The notes beneath the pieces were generated by a model. The model searched no databases and was not told the origin of the DNA. It worked only from the letters and a program-made list of their open reading frames with translations. A DNA stretch of 64,000 nt from Lachnospiraceae bacterium (lineage in GTDB: Bacteria; Bacillota; Clostridia; Lachnospirales; Lachnospiraceae). This document shows positions 29,686 to 38,262 of this stretch, piece after piece; positions within the stretch are counted from its first letter, which is position 1, and every line of letters begins with the position of its first letter. The position numbers were made by a program, and so were the translations under genes. The DNA lies in assembly GCA_017433725.1 (NCBI GenBank), contig JAFRGQ010000075.1, positions 277-64,276 on the forward strand. Reading direction: 5' to 3'.

Positions 29686-29928
29686 ATGATGAGCGAACAG
29701 ATCAATGGAATTATTCAGGAAAACGATCTTGAGACAGTAAACGGCGGCGTAAGCGGAATTATGGTCATACCGTACGTTGTACAGAAAGGCGATACGCTCA
29801 ATTCTCTCGCAAAGAAGTTCAATACGACAGTTACACAGATCAAGAAAGACAACGCCAGAGTATTGAAGGGTTCAACGAAGCTGACGCCCGGTATGCTTCT
29901 CAACATCGCAAAGAATTCCAAGAAGTAA
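29686..29928 (+). CDS. Small LysM protein with a double-glycine-type leader
   Basis: AGGAGG RBS; leader ...IQENDLETVNGG; LysM YVVQKGDTLNSLAKKFNTTVTQI...N...L.PG..LNI. Confidence 0.85.
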   Translation: MMSEQINGIIQENDLETVNGGVSGIMVIPYVVQKGDTLNSLAKKFNTTVTQIKKDNARVLKGSTKLTPGMLLNIAKNSKK

Positions 29929-29931
29929 ATC

Positions 29932-29958
29932 AAAAGGGGCTGCCTTACGGCAGCCCCT
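29932..29958. terminator. Terminator between convergent genes
   Basis: AAAAGGGGCTGCC-TTAC-GGCAGCCCCT. Confidence 0.8.
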
Positions 29959-29971
29959 GATAATTATTGTT

Positions 29972-30643
29972 TCAGCTCATATAATCTCCGTTGTAGCTCA
30001 CAAGCACCGCGCTGATCACACCGTTCATAGAAGCCATGTTGTTGACAAAATACGTGTCCTCGTCCTTCAGCCTCACCTCTACATTGAGCTCAATAAGCCC
30101 CTTCTGCACCGTTTTGCTCTTAACGGAATACTTTTCAACATTATCTTTCAGATAGTCTGTCACGGCCGTCTCAGCCACTTCATTTTCGCAGCGGAGAACA
30201 ACTATATACGGTCTCGTATAGGTCTTACGGTTCACGAACAGGATGAGCACGCCGCCTATCACAGCGCTTCCGATCACTGCCAGCGGAATCATGCCTGCTG
30301 CAAGTACAATACCCGCAGCGATTGACCAGAACAAAAATGCTATATCCAAAGGCTCTTTGATCGCCGTACGGAAACGCACGATGGAAAGGGCGCCGACCAT
30401 ACCGAGAGAAAGAACCGCGTTACTGGTCACTGCAAGAATAACGAGCGTCGTGATCATGGTCAGGGCAACGAGGGTGACGCCGAAACTTGCGGAATACATA
30501 ACGCCCCTGTAGGTCTTCTGATAGATGAAATAGATGAACAGACCTACCAGAAACGCAAGGACAAGGGCAATGATCATATCGGGAATATTGATCGCGGTAA
30601 CGTTCTCGAGATAACTGGATTTGAATATGTCATTAAAACTCAT
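29972..30643 (-). CDS. DUF4956 membrane protein
   Basis: LSLGMVGALSIVRFRTAIKEP signature; follows a VTC gene. Confidence 0.9.
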   Translation of the reverse strand: MSFNDIFKSSYLENVTAINIPDMIIALVLAFLVGLFIYFIYQKTYRGVMYSASFGVTLVALTMITTLVILAVTSNAVLSLGMVGALSIVRFRTAIKEPLDIAFLFWSIAAGIVLAAGMIPLAVIGSAVIGGVLILFVNRKTYTRPYIVVLRCENEVAETAVTDYLKDNVEKYSVKSKTVQKGLIELNVEVRLKDEDTYFVNNMASMNGVISAVLVSYNGDYMS

Positions 30644-30769
30644 AGAAACTCTCCTTGTTATTCATATTTCATACCGCTTATGCGGAGTTACTCATAGCTG
30701 ATTCGCAGGGCATCCATTTAGATCCCGTACTGCAGATGGTATATAAGGTCCATCGACACAGGATCCTGT

Positions 30770-31444
30770 TTAATCGTAGGCTCTGCAGGCTGCGTATTTC
30801 GAAAACGCCGCTGCCCTCCGGTTTTCCAGATGCACCGCGTCGCGGATAATATCCGGTAGGAAATGATCCCACTTAACTTCAAGGATGATCGGGTTATCGA
30901 CGATCGGAACGGTCGGCGTATCCGGATTCAGAAAATCCGTGCTGCCAAGTCCGGTCCGAATGTCATAGTCCAATGTGACCCGTACATTACCGGCAGGAAA
31001 TATGAACGGCTCCCGCGTATAGTCGACAATCGTCTTTGCCCGAAGGCCCGTTTCCTTCATTTCCACGTACAGTTCCTGTATGAGTTGAGAAGGATGATTC
31101 ACCATCCAATCGATGTCGCCGTCAACAATAGCCTGGGCCTGCATCTGTGAAAGCTGTGCCGTTTCCTTTCTGCCGAGATTGTTCCATTTGCTCTTCTTTT
31201 CGAGCCGGATGAAAGACAGGTCGTTATTATAATAACGTATCCTGTACTTCTTTCTGTTATCCACACCGTCAATTTTCTCCCTGAGCGCTTTATCAGACAG
31301 TGTATCAAAATAGAGGCTCCGGATAAAATATTTACCGTCGACAGCGTGAGGATCAGGAGTGGTGATTGCACGCATTCTCGACCGTATGACGAGCATATCC
31401 ATATAGTTGATCTCGTGTTTCCACTCATGCCTGAGATTACTCAT
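30770..31444 (-). CDS. VTC-domain (polyphosphate polymerase-like, CYTH superfamily) protein
   Basis: RHEWKH, IRSLYFDT, KYRIRYY, VDYTRE, RVTLD, ILEVK, FSKY. Confidence 0.9.
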   Translation of the reverse strand: MSNLRHEWKHEINYMDMLVIRSRMRAITTPDPHAVDGKYFIRSLYFDTLSDKALREKIDGVDNRKKYRIRYYNNDLSFIRLEKKSKWNNLGRKETAQLSQMQAQAIVDGDIDWMVNHPSQLIQELYVEMKETGLRAKTIVDYTREPFIFPAGNVRVTLDYDIRTGLGSTDFLNPDTPTVPIVDNPIILEVKWDHFLPDIIRDAVHLENRRAAAFSKYAACRAYD

Positions 31445-31580
31445 TTGCGACTACTCCTTAATCAGGCTGTATCTGACACTTACATATTGAGGACTTGCCG
31501 AAAAATGACAGTCCTACGGTATAATAGCGCAACCATTATAAGGAAATCAAGAAGAATAATATAGTATTGGTAAAAATCAG

Positions 31581-31622
31581 GATTCAAGAACGCCTCGGCG
31601 TTCTTGCCGCGATGAAGAATAA
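31581..31622 (+). repeat. Internally deleted A+B composite element
   Basis: GATTCAAGAACGCCTCGGCGTTCTTGC-CGCGA-TGAAGAATAA: the left end of A fused to the right end of B. Confidence 0.8.
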
Positions 31623-31733
31623 AGAACCGGAGCAGAGGCAATCCTCGTACTCCGGTACAAATATCTCATCTATCTCTGACAGCAACATGCGCAAGCTTTC
31701 GCGGACGTGACTTAGCTCATCTCCTAAATCCGG

Positions 31734-32519
31734 TCACCCTACCAGGAAAGTATAGTCAGCCACACTGTAAAGCGGAATGAATGGCAGAATGATCGGCACT
31801 GTCTTTACGTACTTCTGGTATTCAGGGTCATCGCCATAGTTGCGGTTCTGTCTCAGCTCCAGCCTTCTGGCTCCGCCGAACATGATGTACACAATGCAGA
31901 CGTATCCGATGAGTGCACAGATCCACTGCACCGGGCCGCGAAGAGCAGTCACGCCCGAGACAAAGACGCCCGTCCAGAACAGGATTTCCCCGAGATAATT
32001 GGGACAGCGCACTATGCGGAAAAGCCCCGTATCGACAAATCGTTTAGGATTCTTTTTCTTTGCAATGCTCTTCTGGACGTCAGAAGCGCTTTCCAGAATG
32101 ATTCCGCAGGCCATAATAAGCGCACCGATCAGTGTGACAATATCTGTCGTGCCTCCGTTGCTGAGCCTGAAGAGCACCGGTGAGACCTGAAGCGTATAAA
32201 GCAATGCACTGAAGATCCACGTCGCGAATTTGGCCGGTAGGCTGATATCTGACTTGATTTCATTCTTCATCGCCGCATTGTACGTCGTGAGCTTTAGTTC
32301 CCGAATGAGCAGGTAACCTCCGAGTCTCACCCCGTAGATGAAAAACAGCAGGCAGATACACAGCATCAGATTGCTCATATAGCGTCTGAAGAAGACGATC
32401 ATCGCAAGACCGATCGCAGCAACGGAAAAGCCGTATCCTATGCTGATGAACCATATGTATTTTCGAAAACCGATCGAAGTGATCAGCAGCGCAATCAGAA
32501 ACATCACCAGATATTGCAT
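31734..32519 (-). CDS. DUF1295 family membrane protein (steroid 5-alpha-reductase-like)
   Basis: ESASDVQK, TGLFRIVRCPNYLGEILFW, YQKYVKTVP. Confidence 0.85.
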   Translation of the reverse strand: MQYLVMFLIALLITSIGFRKYIWFISIGYGFSVAAIGLAMIVFFRRYMSNLMLCICLLFFIYGVRLGGYLLIRELKLTTYNAAMKNEIKSDISLPAKFATWIFSALLYTLQVSPVLFRLSNGGTTDIVTLIGALIMACGIILESASDVQKSIAKKKNPKRFVDTGLFRIVRCPNYLGEILFWTGVFVSGVTALRGPVQWICALIGYVCIVYIMFGGARRLELRQNRNYGDDPEYQKYVKTVPIILPFIPLYSVADYTFLVG

Positions 32520-32703
32520 ATCATACCTCCGGAATAGCCTATCGTTATTGTGAGTTGCATATCACGAATTATATACGCATTGACACAGAGCCATTATACA
32601 CCCCTTTCTATTTTCGTTCAACCGAATTAATTTCGTCGTACTGTTCTATTCCGTCCGTTTGTACGCATTTTCGAAAACAGTTTTGCCCAATTCCTGTTTT
32701 TTT

Positions 32704-32732
32704 ATCACTCCGCCCTGTTTTACTGGTATAAT
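32704..32732 (+). promoter_or_regulatory. Putative extended -10 sigma-A promoter
   Basis: ATCACT-17 nt-TATAAT with a TG motif at 32724-32725, upstream of the GGAGG RBS of the 32780 gene. Confidence 0.55.
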
Positions 32733-32779
32733 AAAGGGTACGCGAGACTTGAATCATAAAATGTAAAACGGAGGCCCTC

Positions 32780-33631
32780 ATGAAGACCAGAGAACTGCTG
32801 GAACAAGACAAAGAACGCCTGCTCGCACGTCTCAGCAAGGCAGACACCCCGGAGCAGACCGTGACCGCCCTGGAAGATGAGCTCAGCCGCATTCAGATCC
32901 AGTACGGAGAACACGTGACTGACGAGACCCTGTCACGCGAAGCCTCCTACGCACTCCAGACAGCGAAAGCAGCGCTGTCTCTTGTGGACAGCGCCGGAGA
33001 TGTGCGGACTTACGAGCGCACGGGCAAACCCAAAAAGGGCGCTCAGAGCAAATACCTGATACCTCTCACCGCCTGCCTCGGAGCAACGACAGTCGGAGCA
33101 ACAGCGCTGGCGATGGCGCCGGCCGGATTCCTTCCCCTCAGCATAATTATGGTCATAGCGGGTATCTGCCTGGCCCTTGTATCGGGCTACAACTTCGGAC
33201 GAAGGAAGCTCCTTCCCGACGAAGCGGAGCAGATCATCGAGGTGAGCATGGACAGCGACAAGATTTACCGCAACCTCAATGCTATGCTGACAGTTGTTGA
33301 TCACAATCTGGAGGACGCACGGCTTACGGAAATGGAAGCCGCCGCAAATCCTGCCCCGTCTCCGGACGATGTGACCGATGATGAGCTGCGTCTGCTGTCC
33401 TCTATTCTCGAGACAGCATATTCGTCAGAAGAAAGCGATGAAAATCGGCAGACGATTTCCGACATCACTTTCTATCTGTACAGGCGGGGCATCTCCGTAA
33501 TGGAATACAGCGCGGACACCGCAAAGTACTTCAACCGTATGCCCGCTGTCCGGACAGGCACATTGAAACCGGCCCTGGTAAAGGACAATGTTGTGCTCAT
33601 TCGGGGTATGGCAGCCGTCAAATCAACTTAA
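32780..33631 (+). CDS. Hypothetical 2-TM membrane protein with a possible GrpE-like C-terminal domain
   Basis: GGAGG RBS; central TM hairpin; tail L.RRGISV......F.......TLKPALVKDNVVLIRGMAAV. The gene is well supported; the GrpE resemblance is by eye only. Confidence 0.7.
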   Translation: MKTRELLEQDKERLLARLSKADTPEQTVTALEDELSRIQIQYGEHVTDETLSREASYALQTAKAALSLVDSAGDVRTYERTGKPKKGAQSKYLIPLTACLGATTVGATALAMAPAGFLPLSIIMVIAGICLALVSGYNFGRRKLLPDEAEQIIEVSMDSDKIYRNLNAMLTVVDHNLEDARLTEMEAAANPAPSPDDVTDDELRLLSSILETAYSSEESDENRQTISDITFYLYRRGISVMEYSADTAKYFNRMPAVRTGTLKPALVKDNVVLIRGMAAVKST

Positions 33632-33655
33632 CTTATTGAACGAAGGAGAAATCCT

Positions 33656-35572
33656 ATGGAACGTTTTATAGGCTTTGATCTGGGAGACGCAGAAAGCGCC
33701 GTCTCCTATCTGAAAAAAGAAGGTATGAAGACCCCGGAAGTAATTCCGGTGCGGGATGCGAAGAGCTTCATCACGGCTTACGCACGTCTGAATGATCAGA
33801 CGCTCCTCATCGGAGAGGAGGCCTGCTATGCCCCCGACGCGTCGGAGCGCAGGATCCGCTTCAAGAGCCGATTCCTGAAGGATTCGGCGATCGACCGCGA
33901 TATAAAGAGCTTCGCCGCAGGTGTACTCGGCGAGCTTTATACGACCGGCAGCCTTGTGCAGGGAGAAGACTGCTGCTTTTATGTGGGCTGCCCCGCAGGA
34001 TGGAACAAAAATGACAGGGAACGTTACAGGAGGATATTTGAGAAGACAGGGTATCCGCCCACGAAAATCATCTCCGAATCCCGTGCGGCTCTTGTCAGCG
34101 CATGCCGCTCTAAGCATCTTCAGGTCGGCTACGATATTCTCTCCCACCCGGTCCTTGTTGTGGACATAGGATCTTCTACAACCGACTTCGCCTACATCTC
34201 GGGCGGCCGCGAGGTGGAACTCCGCACCGGAGGTGAAGTTTTCCTCGGCGGCGGAATCATGGATGAAATCCTTCTCGAGGAATCCGTCGCCGCATCGCGA
34301 GACGAGCGCAGAATCCGCGAAGCATTTTCCAAAAGCGATGCCTGGAGGAGCTACTGCGAATTTGCCGCACGCCGTCTCAAGGAAAAATACTTCGCAGACG
34401 AAGACTACTGGCAGACACACGAGTGCACGCAGACGGTGCAGATCGTATATGATAAGCCGGTCCGCCTCACGCTGCGCATGAATGCGCAGATTGCGGAAAA
34501 GCTCCTCGGTAAGAAGACAAACAGCCTGGAGGGACGGTCCTTCCGCGACGTCTTCATCGAAAGCCTGCGAGATACCCGCTCGAGCATCACAGGGGATATC
34601 CCGGATCTCATCTTCCTGACGGGCGGCGTCTCGAGACTGCCGGCCATCACGGACTGGTGCAGGGATGTCTATCCGGAAGCTGTTATCATCACGGAGCTCA
34701 ATCCTGAATTCTCTGTCTCTAAAGGCCTTTCCTGGTGCGGAAGTATCGACGAAGAGATGCGTGAATTCGATGCAGAACTGCAGAACCTGATCGACTCCAC
34801 GACCATCGAGCGCATAGTGACCGAGCAGATCGACGGTCTGTACATGGCCGCTGTCGACGCGCTGACAGGTCCGATCCTTGAAAACTGTGTTGTTCCGATC
34901 ATGGATCGCTGGCGCAGCGGCCGGATTGAAAAACTCTCCGAGATCGACGGGGCGCTGAAGAAGGAAATCGATGCTTACCTGCATACTGAGAGTGCCAAGA
35001 ACCTTCTGGTGGATCCGGTCTCCCAGTGGCTCCGCAAGTACATCGCGCCGGAGCTCGAACAGTATACAATGCCTATCTGCCTGAAGCATAAGATTCCGTA
35101 CCGTGCACTGAGCTTAAATTCTTATCTATCGCTGTCGGAAATAGATATACGCCTGAACGCAAAGACGGTGTTTGGCGTCGAACAATTCACCTGGATGATT
35201 GATACGATCATCTCGATCCTCGTCGGACTCCTGTGCGGAGGAAGCGGTGTCGCGTTGATCGCCAACGGTCTTCCCGGTATCTTCGCCGGCGCCGTCCTCT
35301 CACTCGTTGTGCTCTTTCTCGGAAAGAACCGCATGCAGTCGGCGCTCTTAAATATAAATATTCCTCTTCCCATGCGCAAGCTTCTCCCGAAGAAGTATCT
35401 GGAGAACCATCTGGAAAGCATAACGGACGAGGTCCGGGCAAACTTCTACGAGTCTCTCGAGAAGGATAAGAATGAAGAAATATCCGAGCGTCTGGTCAGG
35501 GAGATATCCGAACAGATCGAAGAATGCCTGACGAAGATGGCGCGGGTCGTGGAGATACCGCTCGTGAGCTGA
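33656..35572 (+). CDS. Atypical Hsp70/actin-fold ATPase with a helical, membrane-inserting C-terminus
   Basis: IGFDLGD, VGCPAGW, ISESRAA, VVDIGSSTTD, LGGGIMD, LKEKYF, FLTGGVSRL, PEFSVSKG in Hsp70 NBD order; no DnaK substrate-binding domain; Gly-rich hydrophobic segment near the C-terminus. Confidence 0.85.
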   Translation: MERFIGFDLGDAESAVSYLKKEGMKTPEVIPVRDAKSFITAYARLNDQTLLIGEEACYAPDASERRIRFKSRFLKDSAIDRDIKSFAAGVLGELYTTGSLVQGEDCCFYVGCPAGWNKNDRERYRRIFEKTGYPPTKIISESRAALVSACRSKHLQVGYDILSHPVLVVDIGSSTTDFAYISGGREVELRTGGEVFLGGGIMDEILLEESVAASRDERRIREAFSKSDAWRSYCEFAARRLKEKYFADEDYWQTHECTQTVQIVYDKPVRLTLRMNAQIAEKLLGKKTNSLEGRSFRDVFIESLRDTRSSITGDIPDLIFLTGGVSRLPAITDWCRDVYPEAVIITELNPEFSVSKGLSWCGSIDEEMREFDAELQNLIDSTTIERIVTEQIDGLYMAAVDALTGPILENCVVPIMDRWRSGRIEKLSEIDGALKKEIDAYLHTESAKNLLVDPVSQWLRKYIAPELEQYTMPICLKHKIPYRALSLNSYLSLSEIDIRLNAKTVFGVEQFTWMIDTIISILVGLLCGGSGVALIANGLPGIFAGAVLSLVVLFLGKNRMQSALLNINIPLPMRKLLPKKYLENHLESITDEVRANFYESLEKDKNEEISERLVREISEQIEECLTKMARVVEIPLVS

Positions 35573-35590
35573 GGATGTCTACTCAGATTC

Positions 35591-35627
35591 AAAAAGGGAG
35601 CTGTCGCAATGCGGCAGCTCCCTTTTT
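35591..35627. terminator. Bidirectional intrinsic terminator
   Basis: AAAAAGGGAGCTGTCGCA-A-TGCGGCAGCTCCCTTTTT. Confidence 0.9.
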
Positions 35628-35655
35628 ACGCATTCATCATAGACTCACATTTTAG

Positions 35656-38259
35656 TTAATAAATATCCCCCAGTTTCGATCGGAACTCCTCGTAAATCCT
35701 CAGATTTCCTTCCTTTGTCGGATGTGTCCTGTCGGCAAGCATCAGACTCTCATTCGGCGTAACGCCGTCATTGTTCAGAGTGAGCGCCTTGGCAACATCG
35801 ATATAACGGTAACCGCTTTGGCGTACCCATGCTGACATTTGCTCATGTACAGCATTGCCTTCAGCGACATCATCCCCGACGCGCGGCGGAATCGTTGCGA
35901 GAATAGGTATCGCATTATTTGCCTCGGCAAGTGAGATCATCTTCTGCATATTATCGACCCATCTGGTGTAATCCCTGTCATTCATGCCAAACGCAATCAG
36001 AATGTACCTTGGCTTGACTGTATCAAATAAGAAACGGTTGAACCACTGTACGCCGAGCGTGCTGGTGGCTCCTCCTCTGCAGCACATGAATACATCCCCG
36101 TTAAAATAATCTGTTACGAACGACGAATATCTGCTGTTTATATCCTCATGGAGATACGTGCCTTCAAGGTAACTGTCACCGACCATCGCAAGCGTAGGCC
36201 TCGTGCTCCCAAGGTTCCTTATTCTCATGCCGCTTGTTTTTACAGTTCCCGAATCGACCATACACTTAAGTGTGCCCCATGCACGTCCCGCATCGAAGGT
36301 CGTTCCCTTTACGGATACCGTATTGCCGCTCGAAGGATCTGAAAATACGAAGTGCAGCATATTGTCCGAAGCTCTGATCAGCTGCGCCGTATATGTGTGA
36401 TTGGCCTCCAGCTTGAACGGTATAGTCGCACTCTCCAATGTGCTCTTAATTTCCCCGAAAGCAAATCCCCGGTACAAGCCGATCTTTTTGTTCTTAAAAT
36501 CAACATACCCGCCGCTGCTGTTCCTCGGCGTATTGGCAGCGCTCTCCTGCTTGTAAACGCTGACCTTCGAGTTCAGTGACACAGGTGTCAGGCTGGCCGA
36601 AAGCTCGAACTGCTCAATATAATTGTTATTGTACAGTCCTACGTAGACCGGGTCGGCAGGAAATTCGGTCGAAGTCTTTGTCAGGTAGAACTTTTCGACG
36701 TCTTTCCCGTTTCTGTCCTCTGTTATAAGCGCGCTTCCCGCAGCAGTACCGCTGGCAGCCACAGCCTGTCCTGTAGCCTTATTAATAATGGAAAATGTTC
36801 CCTGTGCATCTTTGATGAGCGTCCATCTCTGCTGTGATGTATTCTGCTGTGAATACAGCTTAAGATTACCTTTGCCTGCACTCATCAGTGTGTAGAGCGG
36901 GTTGCCCGAAAGAATTTTATAAGTTCCGTCCGTCGTCTTAAGGAGAGTGAACTTATTGAATCTGGCATTGACACGCTTTGTCATCGAGATATGCATGTTG
37001 TTTCCGCCCTTGTTCTCGGTAACCGTCATCGTCTGTGACAGGTTGACCTTGGGTATCAGGTAATAGACCCCTCCGGACTGAATACTCAAAGCATAATTGA
37101 GGATTCTGAAAGTTCCGGTCCTACTGCCCTGGTACTCACCTGCACCGTTAATCACGATCTCAGCCGTTCCGCACTTTATGTTATTGGAATACTCCAGCGT
37201 GTAATCTGTACCCCGGACCAATTTCTTTCCATACACTTTAAGTGTAACGTCCGGCGTGAGGGCTTTTCCGGAATACTTCTGTGTGCCCGGCATTTTGATC
37301 TCTGTTCCGGCACCGGAAATCTTTACGAAGCTCTTCATCGGGTACCAGACCTGAGACCGCTGATTGGCGATCTTTCGGATTTCAAGCGCAGTGTTGAGCT
37401 TCGTCGACGCTCCCGGCACATTGAGAGCCTTACCGGAAGTGCGTCCGACGATCCTGTAGCCGTTGCCGGCGGGCACAAATTGCCACTGCTGAGCGGTCGA
37501 GGTATTTAGAGCGCTCTGTACTACCGGAGTACCGTCATCCTTCTTGTTGGACTGTACCTGAAGGTACTTTCCGGTATGAAGATTCCTGATTTTATAGTAA
37601 TTGCCGGTTGATTTCTGAACATAAAATAGTCTGACATTGGACTGCGAGTATGTTCCGCTGACCAGGTTCACGTTATTGTCAAAGCTGTTGCCTTTTACTG
37701 CCATTGTTCTCAGCGTCGCCCCGTCCGGAAAGACTCTGAATATATAATAGCCTTCCTCGATTGCCTGCGCGGCTCCGAGGAGTTCCTCGGTCGGCGTAGG
37801 CGACGGCGACGGAGTCATTGTCGGTGTGAGACTCAGAGCAGCCTCGGCTTCCGACGTATCCGGCGGTACGAGTGCAGACTCGTCCTGCATATCGTATCCG
37901 TCTTCAATCGGCCTCAGGTCGTCAAAATCCGATTCGTCCGTCGTAGCGGTACTGTCGGTCTGGCTCTGGTCATCCCCCTCGATGGCAGGCACGTCCGTAG
38001 TACCCGTAACAAGACCTTCATTTCCGTTTCCCTCATCTGTTGCGGCAGACTCTGCCGGCACGGTCGGAGTTACGGATAAAACATCCTCCGGCATAATTCC
38101 TGCTTCAGATGAAAACAATCCTGCGCTTGTCGTACCGTTCTCTGTTGCATAGACAGTCACTGTCCCCAGGAACATGGAACAGATGATCACTACCGATAAA
38201 AATACTTTGCATATGTTTTTTTTGTTTTTCATTCTCTTTTTCATCCTGTTCTCCGTCAT
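35656..38259 (-). CDS. Secreted protein: two ricin-type beta-trefoil modules, an MBG-like domain and a C-terminal SGNH/GDSL esterase
   Basis: Signal peptide; Q-x-W repeats (AQQW, SQVW, QQRW); YSGKALTP...GTDYTLEYSNNIKCGTA; GDSY, FGMND, DRTHP. Confidence 0.82.
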   Translation of the reverse strand: MTENRMKKRMKNKKNICKVFLSVVIICSMFLGTVTVYATENGTTSAGLFSSEAGIMPEDVLSVTPTVPAESAATDEGNGNEGLVTGTTDVPAIEGDDQSQTDSTATTDESDFDDLRPIEDGYDMQDESALVPPDTSEAEAALSLTPTMTPSPSPTPTEELLGAAQAIEEGYYIFRVFPDGATLRTMAVKGNSFDNNVNLVSGTYSQSNVRLFYVQKSTGNYYKIRNLHTGKYLQVQSNKKDDGTPVVQSALNTSTAQQWQFVPAGNGYRIVGRTSGKALNVPGASTKLNTALEIRKIANQRSQVWYPMKSFVKISGAGTEIKMPGTQKYSGKALTPDVTLKVYGKKLVRGTDYTLEYSNNIKCGTAEIVINGAGEYQGSRTGTFRILNYALSIQSGGVYYLIPKVNLSQTMTVTENKGGNNMHISMTKRVNARFNKFTLLKTTDGTYKILSGNPLYTLMSAGKGNLKLYSQQNTSQQRWTLIKDAQGTFSIINKATGQAVAASGTAAGSALITEDRNGKDVEKFYLTKTSTEFPADPVYVGLYNNNYIEQFELSASLTPVSLNSKVSVYKQESAANTPRNSSGGYVDFKNKKIGLYRGFAFGEIKSTLESATIPFKLEANHTYTAQLIRASDNMLHFVFSDPSSGNTVSVKGTTFDAGRAWGTLKCMVDSGTVKTSGMRIRNLGSTRPTLAMVGDSYLEGTYLHEDINSRYSSFVTDYFNGDVFMCCRGGATSTLGVQWFNRFLFDTVKPRYILIAFGMNDRDYTRWVDNMQKMISLAEANNAIPILATIPPRVGDDVAEGNAVHEQMSAWVRQSGYRYIDVAKALTLNNDGVTPNESLMLADRTHPTKEGNLRIYEEFRSKLGDIY

Positions 38260-38262
38260 ATC

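Noticed and set aside
33623-35089. 488-aa minus-strand ORF
   Set aside because: It is antisense to the motif-rich Hsp70-like gene and has no recognisable motifs. Long antisense frames are a common codon-bias shadow, especially over Hsp70 genes.
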